From a virus, in the IMG/VR virus record IMGVR_UViG_3300042691_015660: 64,000 nucleotides of DNA, one strand, 5' to 3'. Of this stretch, positions 47,898 to 62,800 are shown piece after piece; the stretch's first letter is position 1; the number at the start of each line of letters is the position of its first letter. The notes beneath the pieces were generated by a model, which saw only the letters and a program-made list of their open reading frames with translations, did not search any database and had not been told where the DNA came from. The position numbers were made by a program, and so were the translations under genes.

Positions 47898-50800
47898 TTA
47901 ATCAAGCTCCAGGGGTTCATCGCCATCTACAGTTATAGACTCGCCAGTGTCTGTTAATAACACATATTGATATTTATCAGCCAAGTATTGTGGCCAAATT
48001 GCCTCGGTATTTTTTAGGAAATTAGCTATTGGATTATCAGATTCTGATAAACTAGTAGTAGTATATCCAGATTTAGCACCTTGCCCTTGGTAAGTATAGC
48101 TTACAATACTAGAAGAACTATCGTCTGAAACATCTGTAACTGTGATTATTATATCATTTTCCGGAGTAGACCCTCCTAATCTTGTACCTAAAATTGTCAA
48201 AGTATTACCTACAGCATAGTTTGTGCCACCACGTTTCATTGTAAGCACATATTGATTACTGTTTTTAATTACGTCAAACACTGCGCCGCCACTACCTACT
48301 GGAATATTCTTAAATACTCTTTCTGGTGGAGCAGCATCCTCCCAAACTCGACCAACTTTCTTAATAACAGTAATCTTTACATTTTCAGCCACTTCATTAG
48401 TCAGATGAACTTGATCTGTACCGTCAACACTAAACTCTGACTCATACTGATCATCTGCTTCAGGGCTATCAGGATACTGATTACTTTCACCGAATAAACT
48501 ATAAGCATTCTTTTTAAGTCTGTATCCTCCTACGAACACTTCAATTTCATTAGATTGTCCGTAAGTTATGCCCCTAGCTTTTCCTGATCCTGAACCAGCT
48601 TTAGCAGCGACGAATGTCGATCCAGTAGTGTACGTTATACCTGATGTTCCAGCAATGGTATTCCAGTTAGTTGTTCCTAGTTCAACAATCTGATACTGCC
48701 TACCTGCCGATAAATCATACGCATTTTCTATATCTTTTATAGGAGCATAACTTAATCCAATATTTTTAGTATTTCCGGAACCAAAACTAGATTCTACGAT
48801 AAAGTCATCATTGTAAGGTATGGTTTCAGTAGGACCTATGTCTAATACAACAGACGTCATTTTATGAATAGCAGGACTGCCTGTGCCTAATGTAGCCCTT
48901 CTTAGTTGTCCTAATACATCTCCGTTTTTAGTTAGATATTCAATACGTTCCCCATTAATTTCAACAATACCTGGAAGATTTAACGATCTATTAGGATCTG
49001 TTAATACAGAACCATTTTCTACCGTTATAATTAAATCTTTTTGTTTTAAATCTTTAGCTAAACGAGTAGATTTATTTTTACTAATTCTCTTGTAGTGTGT
49101 TCTATTAAGCATGTCTTTAAACTGCATAAATCCAAAGCTATTAGTAACATTATTATCTCCGAAAAGAATTACATCGATAACGTCAGTTTCATCAAAGACA
49201 TCTTTAAATTTTATAGTTCTATAATCATCATCTAGGTAATAATCTACACTATGAACTAGTAACTTTCTATTCTTTGCTATCCAGACATAATCTTCTGATT
49301 GTGTTGTTCTAAATAGTTTAAGAGAGCCTCCTCTAATACTATGATATTGATAATAAGTTAAACTTCCTGGAACTAAAGACGATGTTATATTAAAAAATTC
49401 TTTTGTTCTAATAATGTTTTGTACAGTATGATTGAAAAATGTCACTACTTCTACGTCGCCGCTCGGAGCAGAATCGAAGATAATATTGTTTCCACTGATA
49501 GTATAATCAGTATCTTCGAATCTAGTAAGTGTTAAAATACCGCCTTCAACGTAGACAAAATCTCGAATCTCAATAGTTAAGTTGCCATTATTTAATGTGT
49601 AGTCTAAAGAACTTAATTGTTCTCCATTAATATAAACTTTAATAGTACTAGGATCTAAAGTAAATGGCAGTGCTTTATAATCTGTTATATTATAAATGTA
49701 CTCATTGTCTTTTAATAGCCAATAAATTGACTCTCCAGGACGTAGTAAATTACCATTATTAATTACTAATAGGTAATTTTCATAAGGCTTAGCCATATCT
49801 TGAGGAATATTACCTAAACTATAAGACACAGTTGACCCATCAATATCAAGAGCTGAAGAGTTCACTAATGATATTGTGGTATTAGCATCACCTGTCATTA
49901 TATAATTGATAACAGCGTTGTCCTCAGGAGGTTCTGGAAATCTTATTCCTATAAATCCTGTAGTTTCATAAGATTCGTCAGTTCTAAATAATTCATATTC
50001 TACAGTTTCGTTATTAACTAACACTATCGAGCCTAGACGATCTATGCTTTGTTGAAAATCGCTGTCTGAATATAGCTGCGGCCAAGGAGCATTAGTAATA
50101 TAATCAGATGTACTTCCATCAGCAACAAAATAATTAGAATCAAGAATATTATTGCTAGCAGCACCAAAACTTGATATATTAATTATTTTTTTATCGGCCG
50201 GAGCTACAATCATATTAACTGTTTTTGTTTGCCAATCAATAGTGTAATCCGTATCTTTTTGTAGAATAGTGTTTTCTAAATTAACGAACACTCCGGCAGT
50301 ATTATTAGGAAATTGTCCAATATCAAAAGCTGTTGTCGCCCCGTCACAGATATAATTTTTAGAAATAATTCTAGAAGATCCAGACTGCGGAACTCTAAAC
50401 ACTTTAATATTCAACGTGTCGGTTATATGTCCTGGTACTATTTCTTCGGGAGCATGACTAGTTTCTGGTGTAACAAATCTACCGCCGCCTTCGACTAATA
50501 TATCATCCGGGGCAAAACCTGTGGCTGTTGTATAACTTAAATTGCCGCCCTGAAGCTGTGTATCAAAGCTCTTTGGATCTGGATTAATACTACCGTCGCT
50601 GGTATTTCTACGTAAAATAACTTGATCGTTTTCGTTAATATCTAATGGTATGGCACTAGTCAGATTAGGCAATTCTATAATAGAATTAATTCCGTCTCCT
50701 ACCCAGGTCTGCATTACCCTACCTTCTGGAGCACTAGTTCTTCCGTTAGGCTGGACCGTTACTCCATCATAACTATCAAAATATTCATCATCTATTCTTA

Positions 50801-53800
50801 CTCCATTGACATAAACGTTAATTTGTTCACCAGCAGCTGGAACATTTCCATCTCCAAAGTCTCTAAAATCGAATGTATAAGTGCTATCATTGACGCGAAT
50901 AATAATATCTGTGAATCCAACATCGTATCCATCCCATCCTTCACTGAACCAAGGCTGGCTATCCCATCCGCCGCCGATACTTAATCCTAAGCCAGTTACT
51001 ATAACTCCACCATAATCGATGCCTGTCATTAGTTGGGCTAGATCTTTACCTAACTGTCCTGTCTGTGGGTTATAATATTCCTTAATTCTATCAGCAGCAG
51101 ACAAGTGTTCGAAATTTTTATCATAAGTGATTTCTATTGTAGCACCTATGGCAGGAGCATTTTCAAAAGTTAAAATACCGTAATAACTAGTGAATCCTTT
51201 TACAGTGGTTTTCTTTACTGATAAGGCATAGTCATCTCGTAGAATTTCATTATCATTTACTTTAACAGTAGTGTGTCCAATAGTTAATACTGGACTGAAC
51301 CTTAAAGCAAATTGTTTTCTACTGCCTGTGCCTGTAAAATTTTCTACCTGAGTAAGTGCCGTAACAAAATAATTTCTAGTAATTCTATCAAACTTAACAA
51401 TAATTTTGCTAGATCTTATAACGTTACTTTTTAAAATAGCCACAGCTTTCGCAGGTCTATTTACAATTGTAGTATCTAATCCTCCTTCAAATTCTATCCT
51501 TGGAGCTTTAAAATATCCAGATCCTGAAGTAATTAAAGATACTCTTGTTACTTTTCCATTTGTAATATATGCTTTGGCTATTGCTTGTACAGCGTTACTG
51601 TTAAAGATATTATATGTTCTTGGAGGAGTACCTTTTCCGTTACTAGCATCATTACGATCTTGAGGAGCAGCATCTCCAAAGAATGTTGGTCCAATGACAT
51701 AAGGATAAACAGGTGTTCCGGCATTTGTAGTAGTTACAAAATATGCATAAGTACCGTTAGGATAATCTGGTGTAATACAATATCTACCATTGTGCTTGTC
51801 TAAAGTACCATTTCCTGTATACTCATAATCTTGTATAAACATACCCATAGGATAAGTTTGTAAATCAGATATTATGCCAATCCTATAAGAAGAAACTTTA
51901 AGTCCATAACTAGAAGTCATTCTAGATATTCCGCTCGAAGGATCTGTAGCTACACTATATCCATTAGGTCCATAAATTGGATAACCGTCAAGAGCAAATC
52001 CTAAAATTTTACTATGTCCGTCAGCATGTTCTAATCCTGTACGCAAATATGGAATTTCAGATATTTCAATCTTATCTGCGTCGTTAAGGTCGTTACCTAT
52101 ACCTGATATCCAAGCGTTTCTAAAACTGAAATCTCTGTAAGAATACTGTCCATCTGAATCAGCTATTCCGCCTGCTTGATCCTGATTAAATGTATATTCT
52201 AATGTTTGAGAACTAGCATACGCAGCATTATAATCAAAATTGGTAACTAATTCTAATCCTTCAGGTGCTAGATTTCCAGCACTTGGATTAAAAACTGCTA
52301 CACCGTTTAAACAATAACCTATAATCCCTTCTGGGATATTGGCATGACCTCCGGCGGCGTAGGTGCCGCCTCTAAGAGGTATAATTTGACTGTACGATTG
52401 ATCAGTTGCTAAATTTTCAGATTGAACATTTCCATAACTGTGGTATGGTAATCCAGTGGCCACAATTTTCATTGTGCCTTCGTTTAAAATCCAAAAACTA
52501 TTAGGGCCATCAAAATTAGATTTAAGCTCATTAGTCGATGTTACAATTCCGTAATCATCTATTATTTTTATGGTAGGAGGTTCTAAATATCCTATTCCGC
52601 CATCAACTAATTCTAAAGTTTCGATAGAATAAGAAGCATTATCGTACCAATGTTTCCACGGATAGTCTAACAATTGACTATACGATGACCCGATGGCAAA
52701 ATTTTCATTCAAAGAAGCAGTTAACGGATAGATTTTTAATTCTTCATCTATAACAGGGGGTAAATCAAAATCAGTTACTGAAAGAGGCGCATTTTCAACT
52801 CTATTATATGCGCTTACATATTCTCTAACTTTCGTTCTAAAAGGCTTAACTTCCTTGACATAGCTCTCAAAATCTTGTAAATTATCACTATTATAAGTAA
52901 TTTTTTGTTTTAATTCGCCTGCGTGATGTGTTGCTTTTACGAAACTGGTTTTCATTGCCCAATCTAAAAAAGGCTGCTCGTATAAAGCATATCTAACACT
53001 AGCAAAGAACAGCTTTAAATATTCTGTTCTTAAATTATCTACTAATATTTTAGTTTTAATTGTATCTAAGATTATACTAAGTTCTGTAGTAGGAACAGTA
53101 TCGTATTGATCAGAGTCATATAACGGACCATCAAATCCTAAAGATTGATTTTTAAAATTATATAATAAATCTAAAAATTTTATAGTTCCGTTCTGACGAC
53201 CTATTACTTTATAATTTCGAGTATAATCGATAGTTGTTTCATTATTATATTTTTCTAGTAGTAACCACCCTCCGGATCCTACATTTTTTACCTTAACTAT
53301 ACTACCGATACTAGATTCAAGAGATGCTAATCCGTAAGTATTTTCTACAATGTAATTAATTTTTGTAAATTGATTATATCCTACCGAATACCAGTCAATA
53401 TACTGCCAAAATCTAGATACATCAAAAGTTTGCGTTCTAGCTTTACTCCATGTCTTATCTTTCTTAATGTAATGATAGATAGTCCACTTATCATAACTAT
53501 CACTATCACTTAGTACTAACACACTGAAAGGACGAGTGCTTAAAACTGTATCACTTCTGTAGCCGAATCCTTGAGACAAGATTTCAACCGTTTGAACAGC
53601 GCCTGCTTCTGTTAAAATAACTTTAACTTCTGCTCCTTGTCCTTTACCTGTTATACGAACTGGCGGAGCGTGGTGATAGCCTTTTCCTGGATTGACTATG
53701 TCCACGTCTACAATTTTTCCGTTTTCTATTACTGGGGAAAGAATAATTTGCTCTAATTGACTAGTTCCTACAAATCTAAGTTCTGGATCTGTATCGATAG

Positions 53801-56800
53801 TCACATCCCATAAACCGGTAGCTGCACTAGGTTTTTCCTCAAATCTAGATAGCGGAGTAAGATCAAACTCGTCTACTATTAGATTATCTTTTAATACAGA
53901 ATTTATACGCTCGATAAACTGTTTTAACGCTTCGATTCTATTAACAAACATACTTTGTCGTGGTCTATTTTCAACACCAAAACGTTGTTTTACAGGCAAT
54001 CGTAAATCTGGCACTGTTCTACTATTTTTATCCTTTCCTAATAAACTGTCTAACCATTTTTGTTCTATTTCGTAAGGAATAACAGTATTGGCATGTTCAC
54101 TAATGATCTTCCATTGTGTATGAGCATTACCTTCTTTTTTATCTGTAATCCAATATTGTACACTTAATACAATATCTTTATCTTTAAGATAGCTATCACA
54201 ATTTAAAAGACTAAAACTATCAGGTCCTAATAATGCTAAACAAGGATAGCCGTAACTCTTAGGATCAGCAATTAGTCTTGATATTGTATCAGCTGATAGA
54301 AGTCTTCCTTCTTTATTAGGTGTAATAGTTGAATTTTTAACCCAATAATAATAAGTATTGATAAAATTTTTACTTATAGTATCGTACTTTTTCTTAATAC
54401 TATAAACAGTATCTCCATACTTTGATTTTCCACTTATTCCTGAAATAAGTCCTTTTTCTGTATCGGCTATTTTATCTCTTTCCGATGGCAACAACTTACT
54501 TTCGATCCACTCGTAGATATCTATACTTGCTGTTTCGTATAGTGTGTTCCATGTAGTAGATCTAAAAATTATCTCTCCTCCCTGATTTTCTAAAAATCTT
54601 GCGTTAGTTAAATCCCACCATAGTGTTCCAACATGCTTGTTAGTCCAAGACATTCCGTCATCAATATTGACTGTGTTATCACCTACTGTGTATGTTGCTG
54701 GATCAAAATAAGTTTTAAATTTAATTTCTTGTTCTGCTGGTCCTGGAATCTTTCCTTGTATTGGATCTACAACATCAAGGTACTTTACTAAAATATTTTC
54801 TTTACGGTTGTATAAAAATGCTTTCTTTATTTGATACACGTTAGGTCTAGCACGCTCATAGTGCAGTACACTCCAACTAGTTTTACCAGCAGGTTTGCGA
54901 TATGTGTATACTACTCCTGAATCTGTATAATTGTTATCTTCTTCTTTAGGAGCGGCTACTACAAGATTATTTGAACCAACAGATATACTAGTTCCGTACC
55001 CATCTGTACTATCATTAAAAGACTCAGTTGTTAAGCTTTCACCAAAAATATAATTTGTATTATATCTGTCAAATATATCAACTCGACCACTCAACACTTG
55101 TAAATCAACAATTCTTAAGGTATTGTTATCAAATTTTGTAGTAGAACTATCAAAAACAGTTTCATTTTTGATATCGGCATTTGGACTAAACACTACCATA
55201 GTTTCAGCATCATTCATAAATTCAACATAGTGTCCAAATTTATGATTAGTTCCTGGAGTTATACTAGTTAACGTTTGATATGGCGACCAAGAACCTGAAT
55301 ATGCTTCAAAAACTTTTACGGCACCTTGATTAGAGAACTGATCAGTGTATAAAGTTGTTGATACAGCTAAGTGACTACCAGATTCAGTAACACTTAGACT
55401 TTCTCCAAATCTTTGTTCAAAATTTAAATTAAGATTCTGTGCTCCTAGTGTATCAATTAGTATAAATGTGTCGCCGTCATACTGATAAGTGAATATTTTT
55501 CCTGTACCATTATTTTTTTCTGTAGATATTAAAGACCACTTATTAGGAGCAAATGTTCCTGCTACTGAACTATCAAATGTTACATTATATCTATAATAAC
55601 CAGCAGAAAGATAAACTGTGCCGGTACCGGATCCTGTTCCTGTAGCTACAAATGTTTTACCTTCTGATAAAGTTTTACCATCAAAATTAAGATTACTATT
55701 AGACGTACTGATATTATAAAAACCAGGGCCGCCTTCAAGTAAACTACTTACAGTTCCACCAGGACCAAGAGAACCTGCTCCTCCTATTCCAAATTGCGTA
55801 TCAATTCTCGCTCTAAAACTGTTATTGCTTGTTAACCCCAGAATTGTAAACGTTCCATTGCATCGATCGTCGGATACACCTGAAATTCTAAATTTCATTC
55901 CTGATCCAAAAACTAGTCCTGAAGGAAGTGCTGGAGTAACTGTAACTGTAAATAAATTATTAGACGTTCTAACTACATCAGTGATATCCCAAGAAGGAAC
56001 TCCTGTAATTGTAGTACCAGGAACAACTCCAGTACCATACAAAGCAGCTCCAACTTTTATCCTACCTGTAAATCCTGAAGATAATACTGCTAAAGTGGTA
56101 CTGCCTCGAATACCTGCCGTAAAAGTAGCATCGGGTATCGCACCTACTTGTGTAAAGTCAGTCGTTCCAATAGTTATAATATCATAAGACTGCCCTATTG
56201 ATAAGGAACCTACATTAACATTACCGCCGTTATAATAAACTACATCATTTAAGTCATACTTTTCTGTTGATCTGAATATGCCTTTATAGTTAGTATATGT
56301 ATTTTGATCTGCGTTTGGGGCACTAATAACTAACTTGCTGCCATCGCCGCTCATCTTAACATCGTAACCGAATAAATCTCCTGGCAGTACAGATTCTACA
56401 TTTTGTTCTCTGACAGGAGAATTAATTGCTAAAGTTATAATACCTCCAGAAACAAAAATATATTTAGGATGTGTTATTAATGTTCCAGGCAATTTATCAG
56501 GAAACGTACATTCTATAACAGTCTGTGTGGTTGTACTACTAACAACTAACCAATCTCCATTATAATCAACAGGAACTACTGACCGTATTTCAATAAACTG
56601 CCCTGGTGAAAAAGGAGCAGTTACCTGTGTAGAATAGTAAACTGTAGCTCTTTTAACTTTTTGTCCTACTGCTGCAGCAGGCATATTTGGTAAAATGTTA
56701 GTGATGACAATTGGAGACCTATCCACTACATTAGATACAACCTCTTGTGGAAAATAACCTAATATGTTAATATCATCTAATAACTCCCATCCGCTAGCAT

Positions 56801-59800
56801 TTGTTTCAAAACTATTCGGATCTTGGAGTGTTATACACTGATAAAGCTCATAGTTATAAAATACTATATCGCCTGGATAATATTGTTTTCCAGGACTAAA
56901 GATTCCTTGATATGCTCTGCGATAATCCATGTGCCAGCCAGACACTGAACTATCTTCTTCTAGTTCAGCGTACCTGAACATATACACACGACCTTGATTA
57001 TCATTATATCCTGAACTAGTAATTGCTAACACATACTCATTACCGTTCTTGGCAAAGGTCATTTTAGAACCAAACTTTTCTCCTGAAGTCGGATTAGGAC
57101 TTACAAAAGAATGGAAGAGGTTATACTGTCCGCCGGGTGTTCTAATATATAAGTTTACATACCCTTGATTAACATTAGAGTTAGCCGACTTTGATTCTTC
57201 AGTAGTTACCAGGTAAGCAGGAGCCCAATCTTGGCTAAATCTGTCTATACTAGATCCGTCACCTGCGTATCCTCTTCTAGCACTAAAATGTGTATTTCTA
57301 ACTTGTACGATATCACCAAACCCGTAGGTATTAGAAACAACAAAGTCTCCCTTCCAATTGGATCTAATGTTAGAAGCAGTAGGAGCAGCAATAGCTAGCC
57401 ATTTTCCGTCAGAACTAAATGCTATCTCAGATCCAAAATTTAAATTCACAGAGCTCGCTAAATTAAGCACAGGAGTTATGTATTGCTGCTGGTACCATAA
57501 GTCCGTTCCAGGAGATTTTTCGAAAACATAAACTTCATTAGCTAAATTAGACACGGCCAAATATTTTCCGTTTTTAGCAATCGAAACTTTTGATCCGAAC
57601 TGTAAGTTTTCTGCTGGTGTTACATTATCTAGTGTAGTTCTAAAAAATACTTTTTCGTTAGAATATACTGTATAAGGAATAGCACCGTTATAAGATAAAT
57701 TCCTACTACCTATATCTGCCCATAAGAGTTCTTTATTTTTAATATAAGGAGGAAGACTCTCATTAGCATTATCAATAGAATCTACTCTACTTGAAATAAA
57801 CTTATATGTGAGTATTTGACTACTATCAGTGAAAGGTGGTTTCCAATCTTTAATTGTAGTTTTAATTACTATCTTTCTAGCAGAAAGAGAATCTACTTTA
57901 TAAAATCCTTTTATTTTTTCAGAATGAACAATACCTATAATTTCTCCGACTTGTATGTTAGGAAATTGATTACACTGTAAAGTAAGAATTCCGTCGGCAT
58001 ATTCAACATCTTCTATACTAAAAGTATTTTTTGTAAATCTATAAACATTCCAGTCCCTGTTTTCAAAAGCAGCCCAGACATAATCGCCCTCTTCAAATTC
58101 ATTAATGTCGATAGCTGTCGCATCATCTAATGTATTAACATTTGATTTTACGTCATCGTATCTTACATATCCAGGAGATCTAAGAGTTTTCTTTACACCA
58201 GTTGTAGGCCATGGATTATTATTAAATCCTATTGGTTTAACATATACTTCTCCCGATCTTATACGATAAATTAAATCAGTATTCGATGTTATTTCATTTA
58301 CTAGTTGTATTGGTTGGGGATTTAATCTAAATGCCGATTCGTCTAATTTAAATTCTATTTCATCAAAAACATTACTTGCTCCGTACTCACCCACACGTAC
58401 AGCCCATTCTTCATTGAATGTTAAACTTTCCTGATTATCAGCACTTAGTACGTCAAATAATTTAGTTAAGACATTTTGCGTACCTTTCTCTATAATCATA
58501 CCTTGATAGAATTTATATTGACTAACATCATCTTTAATAATATTTTCAAGGTACTGACGATTTTGATAGCCAATTAAATGCTGCGCCATACGCTGCTGTT
58601 CACTGTCAAAATTATCAGTATCTAAATCATAAAAATCTGTGAATTGTTCTGCTCTATAATCCCAATTAGGCAATAATTCTGGAGTAGGCTTTTCTCTTAA
58701 TAATGTCCATTCGTTCGAGTTAAATGATTCTGCTCCTATTACAAATTTTTTGGCGCTATAATAGTATTCTTTGTACTTTATTATATCTCCTAAATTATAA
58801 TCTGTCCAAGGCGCATAATCTTTTATAGATGCCTGATCGAATATAAATCCAGGGATATCGAAAGCACCATTCCAATTTGTAGTCACATATCCAATTACTT
58901 TAACACGCTCTTGCCTGTAACCTGGTTCTTGGTCGTAAATTATATCATTAAACAAGGTAGTATTATCTAACAACAAAACATGTTCTTTTTGTATTAAGTA
59001 GAAAATTCCACCGTATATTCCGTGAGCTGTATTTTCAGGAATTAAGGTAAATGTATTATCTTCTCTAAACGTACTGGTAAAGTCTGCTGACAATAACTGG
59101 CCGTCTACTCTAAAAATTTTATATCCATAAAATGTATTTCTAATATCATCTACTACAGACTTCTCACTAGATATAATTAATTTTGTAGCCGAAGGGCTTA
59201 AGGATATTGCTGACCCTTCTCCCCAACTTTGAGTAGTCCAGAATAAAAACTCGCTTACACTGTTTTCCCAATTAGCAATAGCTTTAATTTGAGGGTTGTA
59301 TTGATCAAATACAAAACCTTGTTCTTCTAAATAAACACCATATCCTTGTAGAAAATCAACTACTTCTTGAATTGTAGAAAATCTAGTTCCATAAGCTAAA
59401 AACAACTCTTGATTTTTATCCCAACCCTTACGTAGAATAGCTTCGGTTCCGCCGATCATTGGAAGAGCTGGCAATCTAGCATATAAGCTTTCATCAAACG
59501 TATCGCTTGACTGATGTGTTGTTTTTACCCTATAATACACATTGCCATTAGAAACAACTTTTCCTGCTACATAAGTTTTATTAGTATCCCATTCAACATA
59601 ACTTTCTGAAATTCCCCCTATCCTTACTGTTCTATCGTTTTGTCTAAAAGAATAGTAAGTAAAGAAAGGCTCATCAACATTATATCCACGTAATTCATAT
59701 CCATCAGAAAATTTACTTACAATAACGCCACTGTATGCTAATTTTTTAATAGGACTTGAAACATTTAAAAATACATTAAAATTGTCATCTGGTACAAAAA

Positions 59801-62800
59801 CACCTCCAGAACTAGTAGGATTTTTACTATCTAACAAAATATTAAATTTATTTTTGCTTGTAAATCCGCCTAATCTGTAAGAAATTTTATTAGTTAATAA
59901 TTGTAAATCTTGTATATATTCATCAATTTTAAAAGTTATATCTGAAGTAGCATAATCAACAATATAATTTACTAAACCAGAAGAAAAGATTCTAGTAGTA
60001 GAATTAACAGTCGACGGTAATATAATGTCAGATAATTTTATTCTTAGCCCGGTTGGCTGATATATTAATTGATTTGTTAGATTTCTTACCTGCCTACTTC
60101 TGTCAAAACAAGTTGCCATTACAGAATTTGGGCACAATAATAATATAGTCTTTAATAAGGCGAACGGATAGTAACTACTTTTACGCCAAGCATTCTCAAC
60201 AGGACTTCTATCTCCGAACGAATAAAATCCTTCAGCAGTGGACTTAATAGGACCACTTACATAATTTGTATCTAAAGGACTGATTAAATTGCCTAACTCG
60301 TCTACTGGAGCACTAGACAATAATATAGGTCTAGCAAATTTTAAATTATATCTTGGGGGTTTTCCAGGCTCTCTGATAATACCTTGTGCTAAATCCTCCC
60401 ATAATAGCTGATTATCTTTAGTGTAAGGCGCTACACCATAAACCTCTTTCCACCAAGAAGGTTCACTAGAAAATCCTAAACATTCCCATGGATTAGTATG
60501 TGGTCTGTCTGTATCAAACAACCAACAATAAATTCCTCTCCAAAATGCTTGACTATCAGTACCGTCAGGATAATAATTGCCTCTGTAGTTAAAGGTGAAC
60601 GGTTCAGTTCTGTCCCAGTAAGTCTGTTTGGTGAAATCTTGATTAATATTATTAGTCCATTGAAAGAAATTAGGACTTAAAACACGTTCAAATTCTTCTT
60701 TAGAATAAGCAGTTTTTCTACTGTATCCAGGAATATAATCGTAGATATCAAACATACTTGGATCGTAAGTTTGTTTGCAATTATTATAAATTCTTAATTC
60801 TAGTTCTAATAATAAATCATCTCTGTAATCATTGTAGGCTAGAGTAATACTACCATCATGTCCTTGTATTACTAACCGTGGCTCTAAGTAAGTGTCATCG
60901 ATGTATTTTCTAGGTTTAAATTTTGGATATAGTCCTAATTTGGTAGGAGTAGGTGGACAAAAACTACCGTCTGTACTTTCATATTCATAAACTTCGATTA
61001 TATCGTCGTCGTTTAACTCTCCGACTATATTAAAAAATACGTCATCGTTTCCAAAAACATAATCTTGTCCTTCAATTAGCTGTTCTCCGTTTCTGTAAAC
61101 GTAAACGGCTTTATTACTCAACGTATCTAAACTAAATGATCTTGAAATAGAAAAAATTCTTTGAAATCTGCCATCTTCAACAAGATATTCTAATCTCGTC
61201 GCTCCGTCATACCCAAACATATCAGAAAGATAATATGACGATGTTTTAGGCCTATCTTTAAGCATTGTTTCAAGCACTAAATCCACATGTCTACGAGCAT
61301 CCATTTCAACACCCGTATTAGATGCTGTGATTAAAAAAGTTCTTTTAAAAGTTGCATAATCTTCTTGTGATTGTATGATCGACTTTATAACATTTATATC
61401 TGGTTTTGATAAATGATAGAGAGGTAAATTTAGTGGACTACTATGTTGTATAATTCTAGTTCCATAAGCTGTTAAATTTCCCAAGTCTCTTAAATTACCG
61501 CTACCTGGAAAAGTTCCTTTAAAATCAACTATATTATCTACTATCGAACTTACATGATCAACAACTTCGCCTAGAGTAAAAGATTCTAAATTCTTGTTTA
61601 GAGGATTGTTCTGCAATGAAACAGGAATTTCATAATACCCATTATTATTTTTAGATTGTTTTGAAAAACATCGGAGCGTAACGATATCTGTTAAAGAAAC
61701 ATCATTATCTAAAACTACTGAAAATCTTACAACTCCCCTTTCTAGAGTGTATTGTTCTCGATTTAATCTTTTTTCATTAACATATACTCTTACTTCCAAA
61801 TCAGCAAGATCGTCGGTATTGTCGTACACATCGACTGGGAAATTATTTGTTAGTCCAGACTCTTTAAAAATTCTAACTACAGGTTGTATGTTAGGAATAT
61901 CTGATTTTTTCCAACCATTTTCATAAGTCCAAGAGTCTAAGCTAGAATATTTTCTCAAATATCCAATATCTGTACGTTTAGTTTGTACGGACGTAAAAGT
62001 CTTATAGGTAAAAGAATCTTGTAAAAGATCGAATGTAAAAACTATGTCTCCTACATTATTAATATTTTTATAACTTAAAGGAAATCCTAAAATCTTATCA
62101 TTAGACCCGTTACCTGTCTTATAATTAAAAACTTTATTACCATTAAATGTAGAACCGTCATATACAGAGTTGTCTCCGTAACTATGACCATTAGAATCAA
62201 ATATATCAAAATGTATTGCTTGATTAACTTTAACTTTTGTTTGCCCTAATTTCCAACTGTCCCCGTCATACCAGTACATTTTTCCTTTGTTAGTATTTCC
62301 ATTTTTTACTAACACTGTTTCATAATGTAACGGAGTAGAATCTGGCTCTTCTACTAGATTAATTTGTCTTCTTACTCCAGAAAATACTTCGAATTTGTGA
62401 ACACCTGTGCCTCTAGATAATAAATCCACTTGCTTGGTCAATTTACTATCATTGAACAACTTAATTTGAGTAGCACTAACTACAAATACATAATACTGTT
62501 GTCTGTTACTTAATCCATTAATACTGTTATTTCCATTGTTTAAATAAGTTACTTGAGAGCCTGTACTTAAAAAGTGGTCAGTAGTGAAAGTAATGACGTC
62601 TGTATTCGGATTAACTGTACTATCTGTTACAAATTCTATTTGTCTTTGAGGAACAGTGATTTTAACAAAATTTACTTTAAAAATTTTACCAGTAACCAAT
62701 CTGTCTTTATCCGCTGTGAATAAAACTCGCATGCCAGGTGCTAAATCAATAGTGTCTACATTATACCCTGTTGCTCCTTCGATAGTAGAAAACACATCTG

